A DNA stretch of 63,224 nucleotides, filler included, from Octopus bimaculoides (taxonomy: Eukaryota): assembly GCF_001194135.2 (NCBI RefSeq). It is 3 parts of 3 records of this genome, joined end to end, with 100 filler letters (N's around TTAATTAATTAA, not from the genome) between each part and the next. Parts side by side here need not be neighbours in the genome. Positions count along the whole stretch, not along the records: positions 1 to 28,036 come from NC_068997.1; positions 28,137 to 46,804 come from NC_068990.1; 1 more part is not named here. One strand, given 5' to 3'. The notes below the pieces were generated by a model. That model was given only the letters and a program-made list of their open reading frames with translations, searched no databases and had not been told where the DNA came from. Made by a program: the position numbers and the translations under genes. The stretch's first letter is position 1, and each line of letters opens with the position of its first letter. Positions 24,160-35,280 of the stretch are shown in pieces.

Positions 24160-24375
24160 ATGGATACCTGGTTTCCATGACGTATAAGTGACCGAGATAA
24201 CAACATTCTCCGCTGAATAGGACGCAGTCTGTTGCAGAATCATGCATTTACATCTGAGTAGACTGGTGCAATGTGAAATAAAGTGTTGTGCTCACTAAAG
24301 AACACAACGCACCAGCAAGTCCGGGAATCGAAACCACGACCTTGCTATTGCGAATGCAATATCCTAACTATTAAG
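24160..24375 (-). mobile_element. Family B SINE, decayed
   Basis: The minus strand has GGTTTCGATTCCCGG (B box), TGTGTTCTT and a CAGACTGCGTCCTATTCAGC body related to 489-733. Confidence 0.65.
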
Positions 24376-24790
24376 TAAAGTCCTTTTACTGACTAGTGCA
24401 GAAATACGTTTAAATTATACCCGGATGAATTTGTTTGTAAGCGGGCAAGTGGAAAAGTTTTTATTTCTACTGTTCAAGATGTTTGTGGTGATATTTAATC
24501 TTTTTAATCTTTCAGTTGCGCATAAATTGCACTTATTGCCACTTGAGTGATATAGTTTTACTTTCCCTGCAATATTCTAATTGATAATGAGTTTATTTAC
24601 TCCTTTCTCCTCAGGGAAAATATGTTGAGATAACAAAGTGGAGTAGATTTTATTTGCTTATTTAAATGTGTGGTTAGGCTGTATATATCGGACTACGTAG
24701 TTGTTTTCTGTTAACCAATAGCATGCCTTTTCCGTACTATTTGCTGGCTCTATACATTATCGCTTTAAACTTTTTTTTATATGTCTACAG

Positions 24791-25023
24791 CAGTGGTTCT
24801 CAACCGGGGTCCATATAGCTTTTGGGGATCCGAATAAGGTTTTGTTCAAATCTATCTACAATAAATTTGTTATATTTCTTCAATTTTCTTAAATGCAATT
24901 CCTATTAATATTTAATTCTAAAAATATAATATGATTGTTTTAAACATCGAATAGCTTGGAGGCTTCATCCGAGTTAAATATGAATGAAAAGGGTTCGTAT
25001 TATAAAATGGTTGAGAAATGCTG
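24791..25023. mobile_element. hAT-family MITE with perfect 8-bp TSD
   Basis: TIRs CAGTGGTTCTCAACC / GGTTGAGAAATGCTG, flanked by GTCTACAG at 24783-24790 and 25024-25031. Internally homologous to 21837-22096. Confidence 0.92.
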
Positions 25024-25254
25024 GTCTACAGCTTCATTCTGATTGAAGTGGTTCTTTCTCTTTTAGTTTTTACCTTTTATTTGTTTCAGAAGCGAGGCAC
25101 TAGCCCGATGGTTTTAGTCCCGAAAAATCAACCCTAGTACCTTTTTTTTTCTCATTTTTTTCTACTATTGTTCTCTCTGGCCGAACTGCTAAGTTACGAG
25201 GACAGAAGCAAATCAATATCGGTTATCAAGCAGTGGTAGAAGACAAAGACACAT

Positions 25255-25635
25255 GTTGTTGGCACTCCGTCGCTTACGACGTCGAGGGTTCCAGTTGATC
25301 CGATGAACGGAACAGCCTGCTCGTGAAATTAACGTGGCTGAGCGCTCCACAGACACGTGTACCCATAACGTAGTTCTCGGGGATATTCAGCGTGACCCAG
25401 TGTGACAAGGCTGACCCTTTTGAATTACAGGCACAACAGAAACAGGAAGTAAGAGTGAGAGAAAGTTGTGGTGAAAGAGTACAGCAGGGTTCGCCACCAT
25501 CCCCTGCCGGAGCCTCGTGGAGCTTTAGGTGTTTTCGCTCAATAAACACTGACAACGCCCGGTCTGGGAATCGAAACTGCGATCCTATGACCGCAAGTCC
25601 GCTGCCCTAACCACTGGGCCATTGCGCCTCCACGC
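25255..25635 (-). mobile_element. Family A SINE, full length
   Basis: Reverse complement of 17549-17897, plus the 3' end GGAACCCTCGACGTCGTAAGCGACGGAGTGCCAACAAC. Confidence 0.9.
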
Positions 25636-25682
25636 TTCAAAGACACATATACATATACATACACACATATATTAGAGAGAGA

Positions 25683-25783
25683 GAGGGTGAGAGAGAAAGA
25701 GGGTGAGAGAGAAAGAGGGTGAGAGAGAAAGAGGGTGAGAGAGAAAGAGGGTGAGAGAGAAAGAGGGTGAGAGAGAAAGAGGG
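25683..25783. repeat. Minisatellite, 16-bp unit GAGGGTGAGAGAGAAA x6
   Basis: Directly visible. Confidence 0.95.
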
Positions 25784-26163
25784 AGAGAGGCGGAGAGTGA
25801 GAGAGACAGTAGTTTCAGGTTCAGTCTCACTGAGCGGCACCTTGGGTAAATGTCTTCTACTATAACCTGGGATCCACTAATATACGTGTGTATGTCTTTG
25901 TCTCCCATTACCATTTTATAACCGGTGTTGGTTTGTTTTCGTTCCCTGATATTTATTGCATGTTTTCTTTCGCTGAAAAGCTATGTTACAGTGATGTAAA
26001 CAAACCACCCCCGGTTGTCAAGCGGTGGTGAGAACAAACACAACATAATCACAAGGACGCTTATACAAAGATAGCTAGATAAATAGATATATAGATATGC
26101 ATTTATAAAAATATATACTAGCATTTATATGTATGTAATTATATATGTTTGTATGTATACACG

Positions 26164-26211
<48 letters not shown>

Positions 26212-27119
26212 TCTGCGTTGAATATTATTGGGGGTTGAAAGAATCTTAGCAACTGTTGCGATGTGTAAACAAAACTCCACGAAATATAAAGAATAAAAAA
26301 AAATATGTATATATATTGCCAAAGAAATGTCTTAAAAATGAAAACAGAAGTTTAGGAATGGCATGGAATGTAATGGATAGAGAAGAGTATAAGAATGGTA
26401 GACTCGAAGAAGAACAACTGAAAAACAAACAGCAACAGCAACAACAACAACAACAACAGCAAGAATTACAACAACGGCAGAAACACCCTCCTTTCATTTT
26501 TTTTTTTTTTTCAATCCGCATATTTATTCTCAAGAAACTTACATAGATATGACATCTCTGATTATAGGAAAATGAAGGCTGGTATGAGAGGTGGCATCGC
26601 TCGTGTTGTTGTTGTTGTTNNNNNNNNNNNNNNNNNNNNNNNNNNNNNNNNNNNNNNNNNNNNNNNNNNNNNNNNNNNNNNNNNNNNNNNNNNNNNNNNN
26701 NNNNNNNNNNNNNNNNNNNNNNNNNNNNNNNNNNNNNNNNNNNNNNNNNNNNNNNNNNNNNNNNNNNNNNNNNNNNNNNNNNNNNNNNNNNNNNNNNNNN
26801 NNNNNNNNNNNNNNNNNNNNNNNNNNNNNNNNNNNNNNNNNNNNNNNNNNNNNNNNNNNNNNNNNNNNNNNNNNNNNNNNNNNNNNNNNNNNNNNNNNNN
26901 NNNNNNNNNNNNNNNNNNNNNNNNNNNNNNNNNNNNNNNNNNNNNNNNNNNNNNNNNNNNNNNNNNNNNNNNNNNNNNNNNNNNNNNNNNNNNNNNNNNN
27001 NNNNNNNNNNNNNNNNNNNNNNNNNNNNNNNNNNNNNNNNNNNNNNNNNNNNNNNNNNNNNNNNNNNNNNNNNNNNNNNNNNNNNNNNNNNNNNNNNNNN
27101 NNNNNNNNNNNNNNNNNNN

Positions 27120-27168
<49 letters not shown>

Positions 27169-27234
27169 TATACCACACATTAATAAATATATATATCACA
27201 TAAATATATATATATTTATGTGTGTGTATGTCTG

Positions 27235-27690
27235 TGTTTATCCTCTCGCCATAACTTCAGATCAGATGCTTGTGTGTTTATGTCCTCGAAATTTGGCGGT
27301 TTGCCAAAGGAGAGCGATCGAATACGAACTAGGCTTACAAAGGATAAGGGGGTCAATTTCTATGACTAGAAGCATTTAAAGCGGTGCTCCAGCATGGATA
27401 GACACTAAAAAGAAATAGGTACGCTAAGTTACGAAGGCAGAAACAAACCAATACCGTTTGTCAAGCGGCGGTGAGAATAAACACAGACGCAGTTACATAC
27501 AGACATGCACACACAAACACACACACATACATGTAAATAGGATGGGCTTCTTTCAGTTTCTGTCAACTAGATTCACTTACAAAGTATTAGTGGGGTGAGG
27601 TTGCAACAGAAGACACTTGCTGAAGGTGCAACACAGTGAGACTGAACCCGGACCATTTGGTTGGGAAACTAACTTCTTACCACAAGGCCC
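27235..27690. mobile_element. Two decayed family C SINE pieces in opposite orientation (27235-27398 +; 27420-27690 -)
   Basis: The plus piece ends GCGGTGCTCCAGCATGG. The minus piece has CGCTAAGTTACG...GAAGACACTTGCTGAAGGTGC...CTTCTTACCAC. Confidence 0.7.
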
Positions 27691-27758
27691 ACATATTATG
27701 TAGATATATATACATACGCATACATCATATATACACATATACGTATATACATATACAT

Positions 27759-27838
<80 letters not shown>

Positions 27839-28136
27839 GCGAGTAAAATTAAATACAAAAAAAGGGGTTTTGTATGATTGTGTATAGAGGAATATATATT
27901 ATTTTGTTTAAAAGAGTTCCAACACTGTCTGTTTCTTATGTTTTATTTATATTCCTGCAAAACCAATGTGGGATATAGAATATGGAATATACAATATATA
28001 ATATAAAATAAAAATGGATGGTACAATGAAATAAAGNNNNNNNNNNNNNNNNNNNNNNNNNNNNNNNNNNNNNNNNNNNNTTAATTAATTAANNNNNNNN
28101 NNNNNNNNNNNNNNNNNNNNNNNNNNNNNNNNNNNN

Positions 28137-28830
28137 CAGTCTAAGGCTTTCGATAGGATTGACCACGAGTATCTGGCGGCGGTCCTCCAGGCGGCCGGAT
28201 TTGGCTTGACCTTCCAGGGTTGGATCCAAGCCATGTATGGCAATATCGAATCTAGAATCCGAGTGAATGGGTTCTTTTGCATTCGGTTTGCCAGGGCTTC
28301 CCACTGTCCCCGTTACTGTATGTATTGGCACTTGAGCCGCTTCTGCGGAGGCTGAAGGACACGGGGGCGGACCCGCGTGATCTGTGTTACGGAAGAAATG
28401 TGACGGCATATGCGGATGACGTCACCATCACCGTGTCTGATGAAGGGCAGCTACCTCGTGTAGAAGACGCCATCAAAGGATACAAGACGGTAGCAGGAGC
28501 TAAAATTAACCAAGAAAAGTCAGTCGGCTTACAACTCGGCACCTGGTGGGGCAAGTCGATGCCACCCATCAATGTCGTCGGGCGCTGGTCGGAGGACCCG
28601 GTTTAAATGCTCGGGGTCTGGTTTGGACCGGACCTCCAGGTGGAGAAGAACTGGAGTGGGGTGACGAGCAAGGTGACAGCCATAGCCCAGAAGTGGTCTG
28701 GGAGGAGGTTATCCTTGTTGGGAAAGGCGGAGGTTGCACAGGTGTTCATAGCATCTGTGATAACCTACCGCCTAACCGTCGTGCCTTGCCCCGGTTTGTG
28801 GATGACCAAGTTGGAGCGGATCCTTTTCCG
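28137..28830 (+). mobile_element. Tx1/L1-clade LINE reverse transcriptase fragment (one frameshift, one stop)
   Basis: QSKAFDRIDHEYL, QGFPLSPLLYVLALEPLL, AYADDV, GAKINQEKS, LGVWFG and RLSLLGKAEV are RT domain 3-7 motifs typical of Tx1. Much more GC-rich than the flanks. Confidence 0.92.
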
Positions 28831-29090
28831 TGTTTTTCGTGTTCAGAATTGTTGAAGCGTGGAATCAACTACCGTGTCGGTTGTTAGCTGTGTATCCATC
28901 ATGTTACCCTAAATTCACCAACACTACTCCTGACCTGCTTATGCATTCTTTTCTCTTTATGACTCTTCATATTCACTTTTATGTTTTTTTGTGTGTGTGT
29001 CGTGTCCTGTGTATTGTGCATGTATTCTTGGCTTTCAATGATGTCTTTCTTCGATATTTTGTGCCACATCAAATTGCGATGTAATCTGTA
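28831..29090 (+). mobile_element. CR1/L2-type LINE 3' end
   Basis: FFVFRIVEAWNQLP matches the conserved FFxxRVVxxWNxLP C-terminal motif, followed by a T-rich 3' UTR. Confidence 0.7.
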
Positions 29091-30600
29091 ACGGTTAGTT
29101 CTTTGTTGCTGTTGAGGGTCACCAATTACAATAGTTGTTGCTATGGTGTTGGTTGCCAGTGTGCAAGATGGAAGAAAAACAGTGATTGAAGTTGTAAAGA
29201 GATATTTATTTACCATTACTTTGTATATATCCCAAACCACGACAGGTTGGTATGTATAACTAGTAAATGGAAAAGCATCGAGGTAAAAAGAGTTAATTTT
29301 GGCCGATATGTGTGTACTCAATTTCATAGTAGTATATATTGAGAGATATAGTAATGTTTCAGAGGAAAGAAAGTGAGTTAGTGAAAGTGTGAGTGGTGGA
29401 GTGAAACAACTGCTTCATTGGTGAGTCACCATAGTTGTCCCTTTGTGCCTTTTCTTTTAGAGAAGGCGTTTTATTCAGCTGGTCAGCCAGACTCGGTTCT
29501 CACTAACTGACTTTGGCTTACGGAGTTCTTGTTTTTATAACTATCCAAAACCAGCCAGAAGGATAGACATATTGTTGAGAACAATAGATTTTATTGGAGG
29601 TCTGTGATATCTGTATTCTAGCTTTTGGTGGCCTAGAAGAGGCTAGAAGGGTAAAGTGACAAAGACATTATTCTGCTTAGCAATGGCATCTGGCAAATGT
29701 AACTGCTGTCATTCACTGAAAAACGATTGTTTTACTGTGAGAAAAGTGCTGTTGAACTGTTCGAGGATCGAATCCACGCCATGCCTTCATGAACCACTAC
29801 AAATTGTAATCTACACAATCTAAAAATTTCATTGCAAAAAATATCCAGTTTTCAGAATGTTATTAGGAAGCAGAGTTGGGGCGAGGGCTGCGTAGTGCAC
29901 ATCGACTTTTAGTAGCTATGCCTTTAAAGATAAATTGTCATGTTCAAACTTTAGATTATAGAATATATAAAATATATATATGTTTATATTAATATTAAAA
30001 AAATGTAATAACTGTTGATTCAATTGACTTCTTAAAGTCTCTATCAATTGATGGCCTGGTGCCAAAGCTTGAAATCAATGTTGAGACAGGATTAATGTGC
30101 TGTGACACTGTGTTCATGTCTGTATTCACACGAACATTATGTGTGTGTGTGTGTGTGTATGAATGTGTATGTATGTATGTATGTGTAATTTCTCTATGTA
30201 AATGCTTAACCACTAAATGTGTGATGTAACTGTGTGTATAACTGTGAATGTATATGAAGATTTATATGCATGTGTATAAAATACCTATGAATATGTTACG
30301 ATTGTATGTGAAGCGTACATGCACACACACACGCACAATGCTGTATCTGTTTTATTTCCCATAAATGTGCTTGTTCCAGTCTTTGCTACTTGGGTTTAAA
30401 ATGTGTCGCTTCATGATGGGACACCCTGTCGGTGTGTGGAGAATGATTTCATGGGGAAGATGAGCCTAATAGAGGGGTAGAAGTTAAGTCCGGCTTATGG
30501 TCCTTAAGAATGACATCGGAGTGGGGAGGCCAGTACTTTTGGGTTCTAGATCAATGATTCTCAACCATCCCCCCCCCCTATGGATCCATTTGATACTTTT

Positions 30601-30752
30601 ATTCTTTTATTTGTTTCAGTCATTTGACTGTGGCCATGCTGGAGCACCGCCTTTAGTTGAGCAAATCGACCCCACGACTTATTCTTTGTACGCCTAGTAG
30701 TTATTCTATCGGCCTCTTTTGCCGAACCGCTAAGTTACGGGGACATAAACAC
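30601..30752 (-). mobile_element. Family C SINE 3' half, cut by a gap and preceded by an isolated hAT-MITE end (about 30552-30592)
   Basis: TTGTTTCAGTCATTTGACTGTGGCCATGCTGGAGCACCGCC...GGGGACATAAACAC. Upstream lies TTCTAGAT followed by CAATGATTCTCAACC. Confidence 0.85.
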
Positions 30753-31647
30753 NNNNNNNNNNNNNNNNNNNNNNNNNNNNNNNNNNNNNNNNNNNNNNNN
30801 NNNNNNNNNNNNNNNNNNNNNNNNNNNNNNNNNNNNNNNNNNNNNNNNNNNNNNNNNNNNNNNNNNNNNNNNNNNNNNNNNNNNNNNNNNNNNNNNNNNN
30901 NNNNNNNNNNNNNNNNNNNNNNNNNNNNNNNNNNNNNNNNNNNNNNNNNNNNNNNNNNNNNNNNNNNNNNNNNNNNNNNNNNNNNNNNNNNNNNNNNNNN
31001 NNNNNNNNNNNNNNNNNNNNNNNNNNNNNNNNNNNNNNNNNNNNNNNNNNNNNNNNNNNNNNNNNNNNNNNNNNNNNNNNNNNNNNNNNNNNNNNNNNNN
31101 NNNNNNNNNNNNNNNNNNNNNNNNNNNNNNNNNNNNNNNNNNNNNNNNNNNNNNNNNNNNNNNNNNNNNNNNNNNNNNNNNNNNNNNNNNNNNNNNNNNN
31201 NNNNNNNNNNNNNNNNNNNNNNNNNNNNNNNNNNNNNNNNNNNNNNNNNNNNNNNNNNNNNNNNNNNNNNNNNNNNNNNNNNNNNNNNNNNNNNNNNNNN
31301 NNNNNNNNNNNNNNNNNNNNNNNNNNNNNNNNNNNNNNNNNNNNNNNNNNNNNNNNNNNNNNNNNNNNNNNNNNNNNNNNNNNNNNNNNNNNNNNNNNNN
31401 NNNNNNNNNNNNNNNNNNNNNNNNNNNNNNNNNNNNNNTATATATATATATATATATATGAATATATATGAATATTTGCGTAATTATATGTCTTAACAGA
31501 CGGTCCACTCTCTGCATGTTAGCGTATCAGCAGCTTAGTGGTGACGTAGGAGGAGGAGGAAGAAGTGGAAGCGGTCCAATGACCAAAATGACAACCAAGG
31601 AACTAAAAAAATAAAGTATGTAAAACTGTACACACACACACATATAT

Positions 31648-31692
<45 letters not shown>

Positions 31693-32098
31693 ACGTTTCG
31701 TCGTGTCCTAGCAACTATAAGCGTTTTATGAATGTCGTGTGTGTGTGTGTATGTGTGTGTCTGTGTTATATGTATACATATATATATATTTATTTATTTT
31801 CACACACACGAAGTCTGTTGTTTTGTTATATTGTTACTATGTGTTGCTGTTCTTAACTGCCAGTTTTAGTTGGCAATAGTCGGCAGGTGATTTATTTTAT
31901 TTCTCTTTTCGTTTAATAATGGTTGTTTAAATAATTTATACAGTCCAAATACAAACCACACACGCACATCGCATATGTACACCTATATATGTACATAAGA
32001 AGAAGCAAGAATCACTCGGTTTAAAAGATACGGACAGGTGAATACGAAGATCTTGTTTTACGCGCTGTTTTAATGAATCGGAAAAAGTTCGTTACGCC

Positions 32099-32113
32099 AT
32101 GTCAAATACACAG
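32099..32113 (+). CDS. Candidate first coding exon (MSNTQ) of a small spliced gene
   Basis: GCCATG start context and CAG/GTAAAC donor; phase 0 matches the exon at 43172. The link to that exon is inference. Confidence 0.3.
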
Positions 32114-32459
32114 GTAAACAAAAAATGTGACTTTCTCTTTCTATTATTTATTCATTCATTCATTCATTCATTCATTCGTGGTTTAGATTTTTTGACTTTA
32201 GTTATTTGCACTCACTTGATGCCTTGTTATCACTTCTGTTTATTTATTGTTTCTATTTAGTATGTTGAAAGTAAAATTCTAACCATCTGGAAAAATCAAA
32301 AAACAAAAAAAAACAACAAAAAACCCCCCAAAATCTAAAAAAAATTGAGGAACTGTCAAAATTCCATCAGATGCATACAAAGTAATGGGTGTATATTTTT
32401 AGCTTTTGAAATTTTATTTCCCATTTTCTTACACACACATACATACACGTACGCGCGCG

Positions 32460-32490
<31 letters not shown>

Positions 32491-32884
32491 AACTTGATTC
32501 CAAGATATATTATTTTTTAACCTCAGATCAACCATAATCGAACATACTGATAGTCAAAGGCCAGTTTTGATCATACAATCTTTAAATTTTTATTATGTAG
32601 TCCATAGTGTACCCAGGCCTATATTATCTAGCATGTTCTTCCTTTTTAAAGATAGTTGTGTGCTATTTCTAGCAGGTCAAGTAACCATGTAAGAGTTATT
32701 GGGGGTCACAGGTGGCAAAATATATTGGGTGATGATGACATGTGTACCCACCAAAGATCTAAAGTTCCCATCCTGTCACAAGTACTCTATGGTGTAGCTA
32801 TATCAGTGATCTGTACTGAATGAACCACATTTCTAAAATCATAGAAAAAGCCCTGAGGTGTCTCTCAGGAAGTCCTTTGCCACA

Positions 32885-33045
32885 GGCCATCTAAAATTAT
32901 ACATGATTATGGTACATCCATGCAGTTTGCATCTCCAGTCTAATCCACATCTTGCCCAGATGCTGTCCAATGACATTTTGGAAGATGTTCAGAGATATGC
33001 AGCAAGGCATCAGTCACCATATTCTAAACATGTTACTTCTTTGGA
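32885..33045 (+). mobile_element. CR1-type LINE RT C-terminal remnant
   Basis: MVHP...NPHLAQ...LEDVQRYAAR...PYSKHVTSL resembles VRPxLEYxSPVWNPH...LExVQRRAT...YxERL. Confidence 0.6.
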
Positions 33046-33752
33046 TATTCTTTTCTACTCTAGGTACAAGGCCTGAAATTTTTGGGGAGGGTTGTGTTAT
33101 TGAGCAAAACACATTGCTCAGCAGTAAATGGGTAATCCTGTGATGGAATAGTCTTCTGGTCAAGGGGAATGTTGGTCTGCTAGCCTAGTCAGCAGGGTGG
33201 CATCATTTGAAGGCTAAAGCAATGCTGATAGTCTGGTCAATATAGTGGTAATACACAAATACCTTGTACATTCTTGGATATTAGAAAATGGGTATTCTTT
33301 TGGTTTAAAATTGCCAATTGAAAGTGGAAAATTGTAGTAAGCAATCTGTACTGAAATTTTGATAAAAAGGAAAAACAAAAGTTTTTGGGATCATAATCTC
33401 CATATTTTTAAATGCAGACCCCCCTACTNNNNNNNNNNNNNNNNNNNNNNNNNNNNNNNNNNNNNNNNNNNNNNNNNNNNNNNNNNNNNNNNNNNNNNNN
33501 NNNNNNNNNNNNNNNNNNNNNNNNNNNNNNNNNNNNNNNNNNNNNNNNNNNNNNNNNNNNNNNNNNNNNNNNNNNNNNNNNNNNNNNNNNNNNNNNNNNN
33601 NNNNNNNNNNNNNNNNNNNNAGCCTATTTAACATCTCTGCCTGAAGATGGCTGACACTTCCTCCTCCCTTCCTCCCTGACCCACTCCTATTTTCCTTCAT
33701 CTTCCTCATAAACTCTGCCACTCTTTCTCTTTCTCATTGAATTTTAAACTAA

Positions 33753-34080
33753 TTACCTCCGCCTTGTGTGTTTGTGGGCAAGGTATCTCAAGAACTGCTG
33801 GATGGATTCGGATGAAACTTTCAGGAATGCTTGGCCTCATGACTGACATGAACTGATTAGATTCTGGGATCGATCCGGTTCTGGACAAGGATTCTGGATT
33901 ATTTTTCTGTATTTTTTACTTAATTCTTGAGAGTGGTCGGGTTCATTTTCAGTATTCTCAATTGTGCAAGCAGTCAAGTTTATTTCAGATATTCTCATTT
34001 TAAAAATCATCTCCAGCTAATCGTTGAGAGGACGTTGGTGTTGCCTTGGTGGAGGTTTGCAATCTATGAGTGCTCTTGTT
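33753..34080 (+). mobile_element. Helentron-associated non-autonomous element (HINE / DINE-1-like)
   Basis: 5' TTACCTCCGCC and 3' CCTTGGTGGAGGT sub-terminal inverted repeats, followed by a short imperfect palindrome GCAATCTATGAGTGC and a terminal TT. Internal GGATGGATTCGGATGAAACTTTCAGG and GATCCGGTTCTGGA are typical of this class. Confidence 0.65.
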
Positions 34081-34086
34081 AAATAT

Positions 34087-34298
34087 TGGTTTCAAATTTT
34101 GGCACAAGGCCAGTAATTTTGTGGGTGGGAGTAAGTTGATTCAACTGTAGTCCTCAACTGCTACTTATTTTATTGACCCCAAAGGGATGAAAGACAAAGT
34201 TGACCTCAGCAGAATTTGAACTCAGAATGTAAAGACAGACAAAATGTCTCTAAACATTTTGTTCAGTGTGCTAATGATTATGCCAGCTCACCACCTTG
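34087..34298 (-). mobile_element. Family D SINE
   Basis: TTCAAATTTTGGCACAAGGCC...AAAGTTGACCTCAGCAGAATTTGAACTCAG...GCCAGCTCACCACCTT. Confidence 0.85.
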
Positions 34299-34989
34299 AA
34301 TTTATTAAATACTAAAACTGATATAAGCAGTGAGGTGTGCAGAGGCAAGGAATCAGTTTGATATTTGGTGAATATGGGAGACAACTATAGACAGGTTTTA
34401 GTCTAATTAGACCTCTTCAGTGAACCATATTTTAATTTTTAAGGATAAAATATCTTTTAGGTGATTGAATTATACACAGTATATTATTGTTTTTTATATA
34501 AACAATAGTTTCATAAACACAAGTGCATTTATGTATCATAAGTCCATATGAGAGGACCTCTTATGGTAAATAACAGTATTTTATGGTCTAACACAACATC
34601 CACTTTAAGTGGGAGATAACTATTACCCTTTGGTATTTAAACTGCCTCTATTACTATTAATTATTTTTTAATAAACCCACTGGCTATTTACTACACCAGT
34701 GCCTGAATAGACAGTGAGATTCTATATATCACTAATGGGGGAATCAGCTGCTATGTCTAGCGATACATCTGCCATTGAGAAATCCAAGGAAGGGTAGAAT
34801 CATATGATCTGGCAGTTCTGGTGGCTACAGCAGATGATTATCACTGCTTTTATGCACCACAAATCCACATGAGAGGTCTTCAGGTCCTCTTATGGTAAAG
34901 AATGCATTATTCTGTGTTTAAATATTAGCTTTCGATATCAATACTGCTTCTGTTATTATTAATTTATTAATAGCCTCGTTAATATTATA

Positions 34990-35280
34990 CTGAGTGCTGG
35001 TGGCACATGTAGAGACATTCGCGCGAGATCGTTGCCAGTGCTGCTGGACTGGCTTCTGTGCAGGTGGCACGTAAAATACACCATTTTGAGCGTGGCCGTT
35101 GCCAGTACCACCTGACTGGCCTTTGTGCCGGTGGCACGTAAAAGCACCCACTACACTCTCGGAGTGGTTGGCATTAGGAAGGGCATCCAGCTGTAGAAAC
35201 TCTGCCAAATCAGATTGGAGCCTGGTGTAGCTATCTGGTTCGCCAGTCCTCAGTCAAATCGTCCAACCCATGCAAGCATG
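34990..35280 (+). mobile_element. SINE (family E) 3' part with three GGTGGCAC(G)TAAAA subunits and an RTE-like tail
   Basis: Repeated ...TGCAGGTGGCACGTAAAA... modules (Nin/Deu-like motif, by recollection), then CCCACTACACTCTCGGAG...CAACCCATGCAAGCATG. Further copies at 42928-43099 and about 39345-39505. Confidence 0.7.

Noticed and set aside
28081-28092. TTAATTAATTAA island inside N-runs (again at 46849-46860)
   Set aside because: An identical 12-mer centred in gaps, with stops in all six frames, is an artificial scaffolding linker, not biology.
28899-29640. 142-aa minus ORF and a 48-codon plus frame after a strong acceptor at about 29460
   Set aside because: The ORF runs through the antisense CR1 UTR and has no recognisable motif. 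The plus frame would need a 40-nt intron and has no partner exon.
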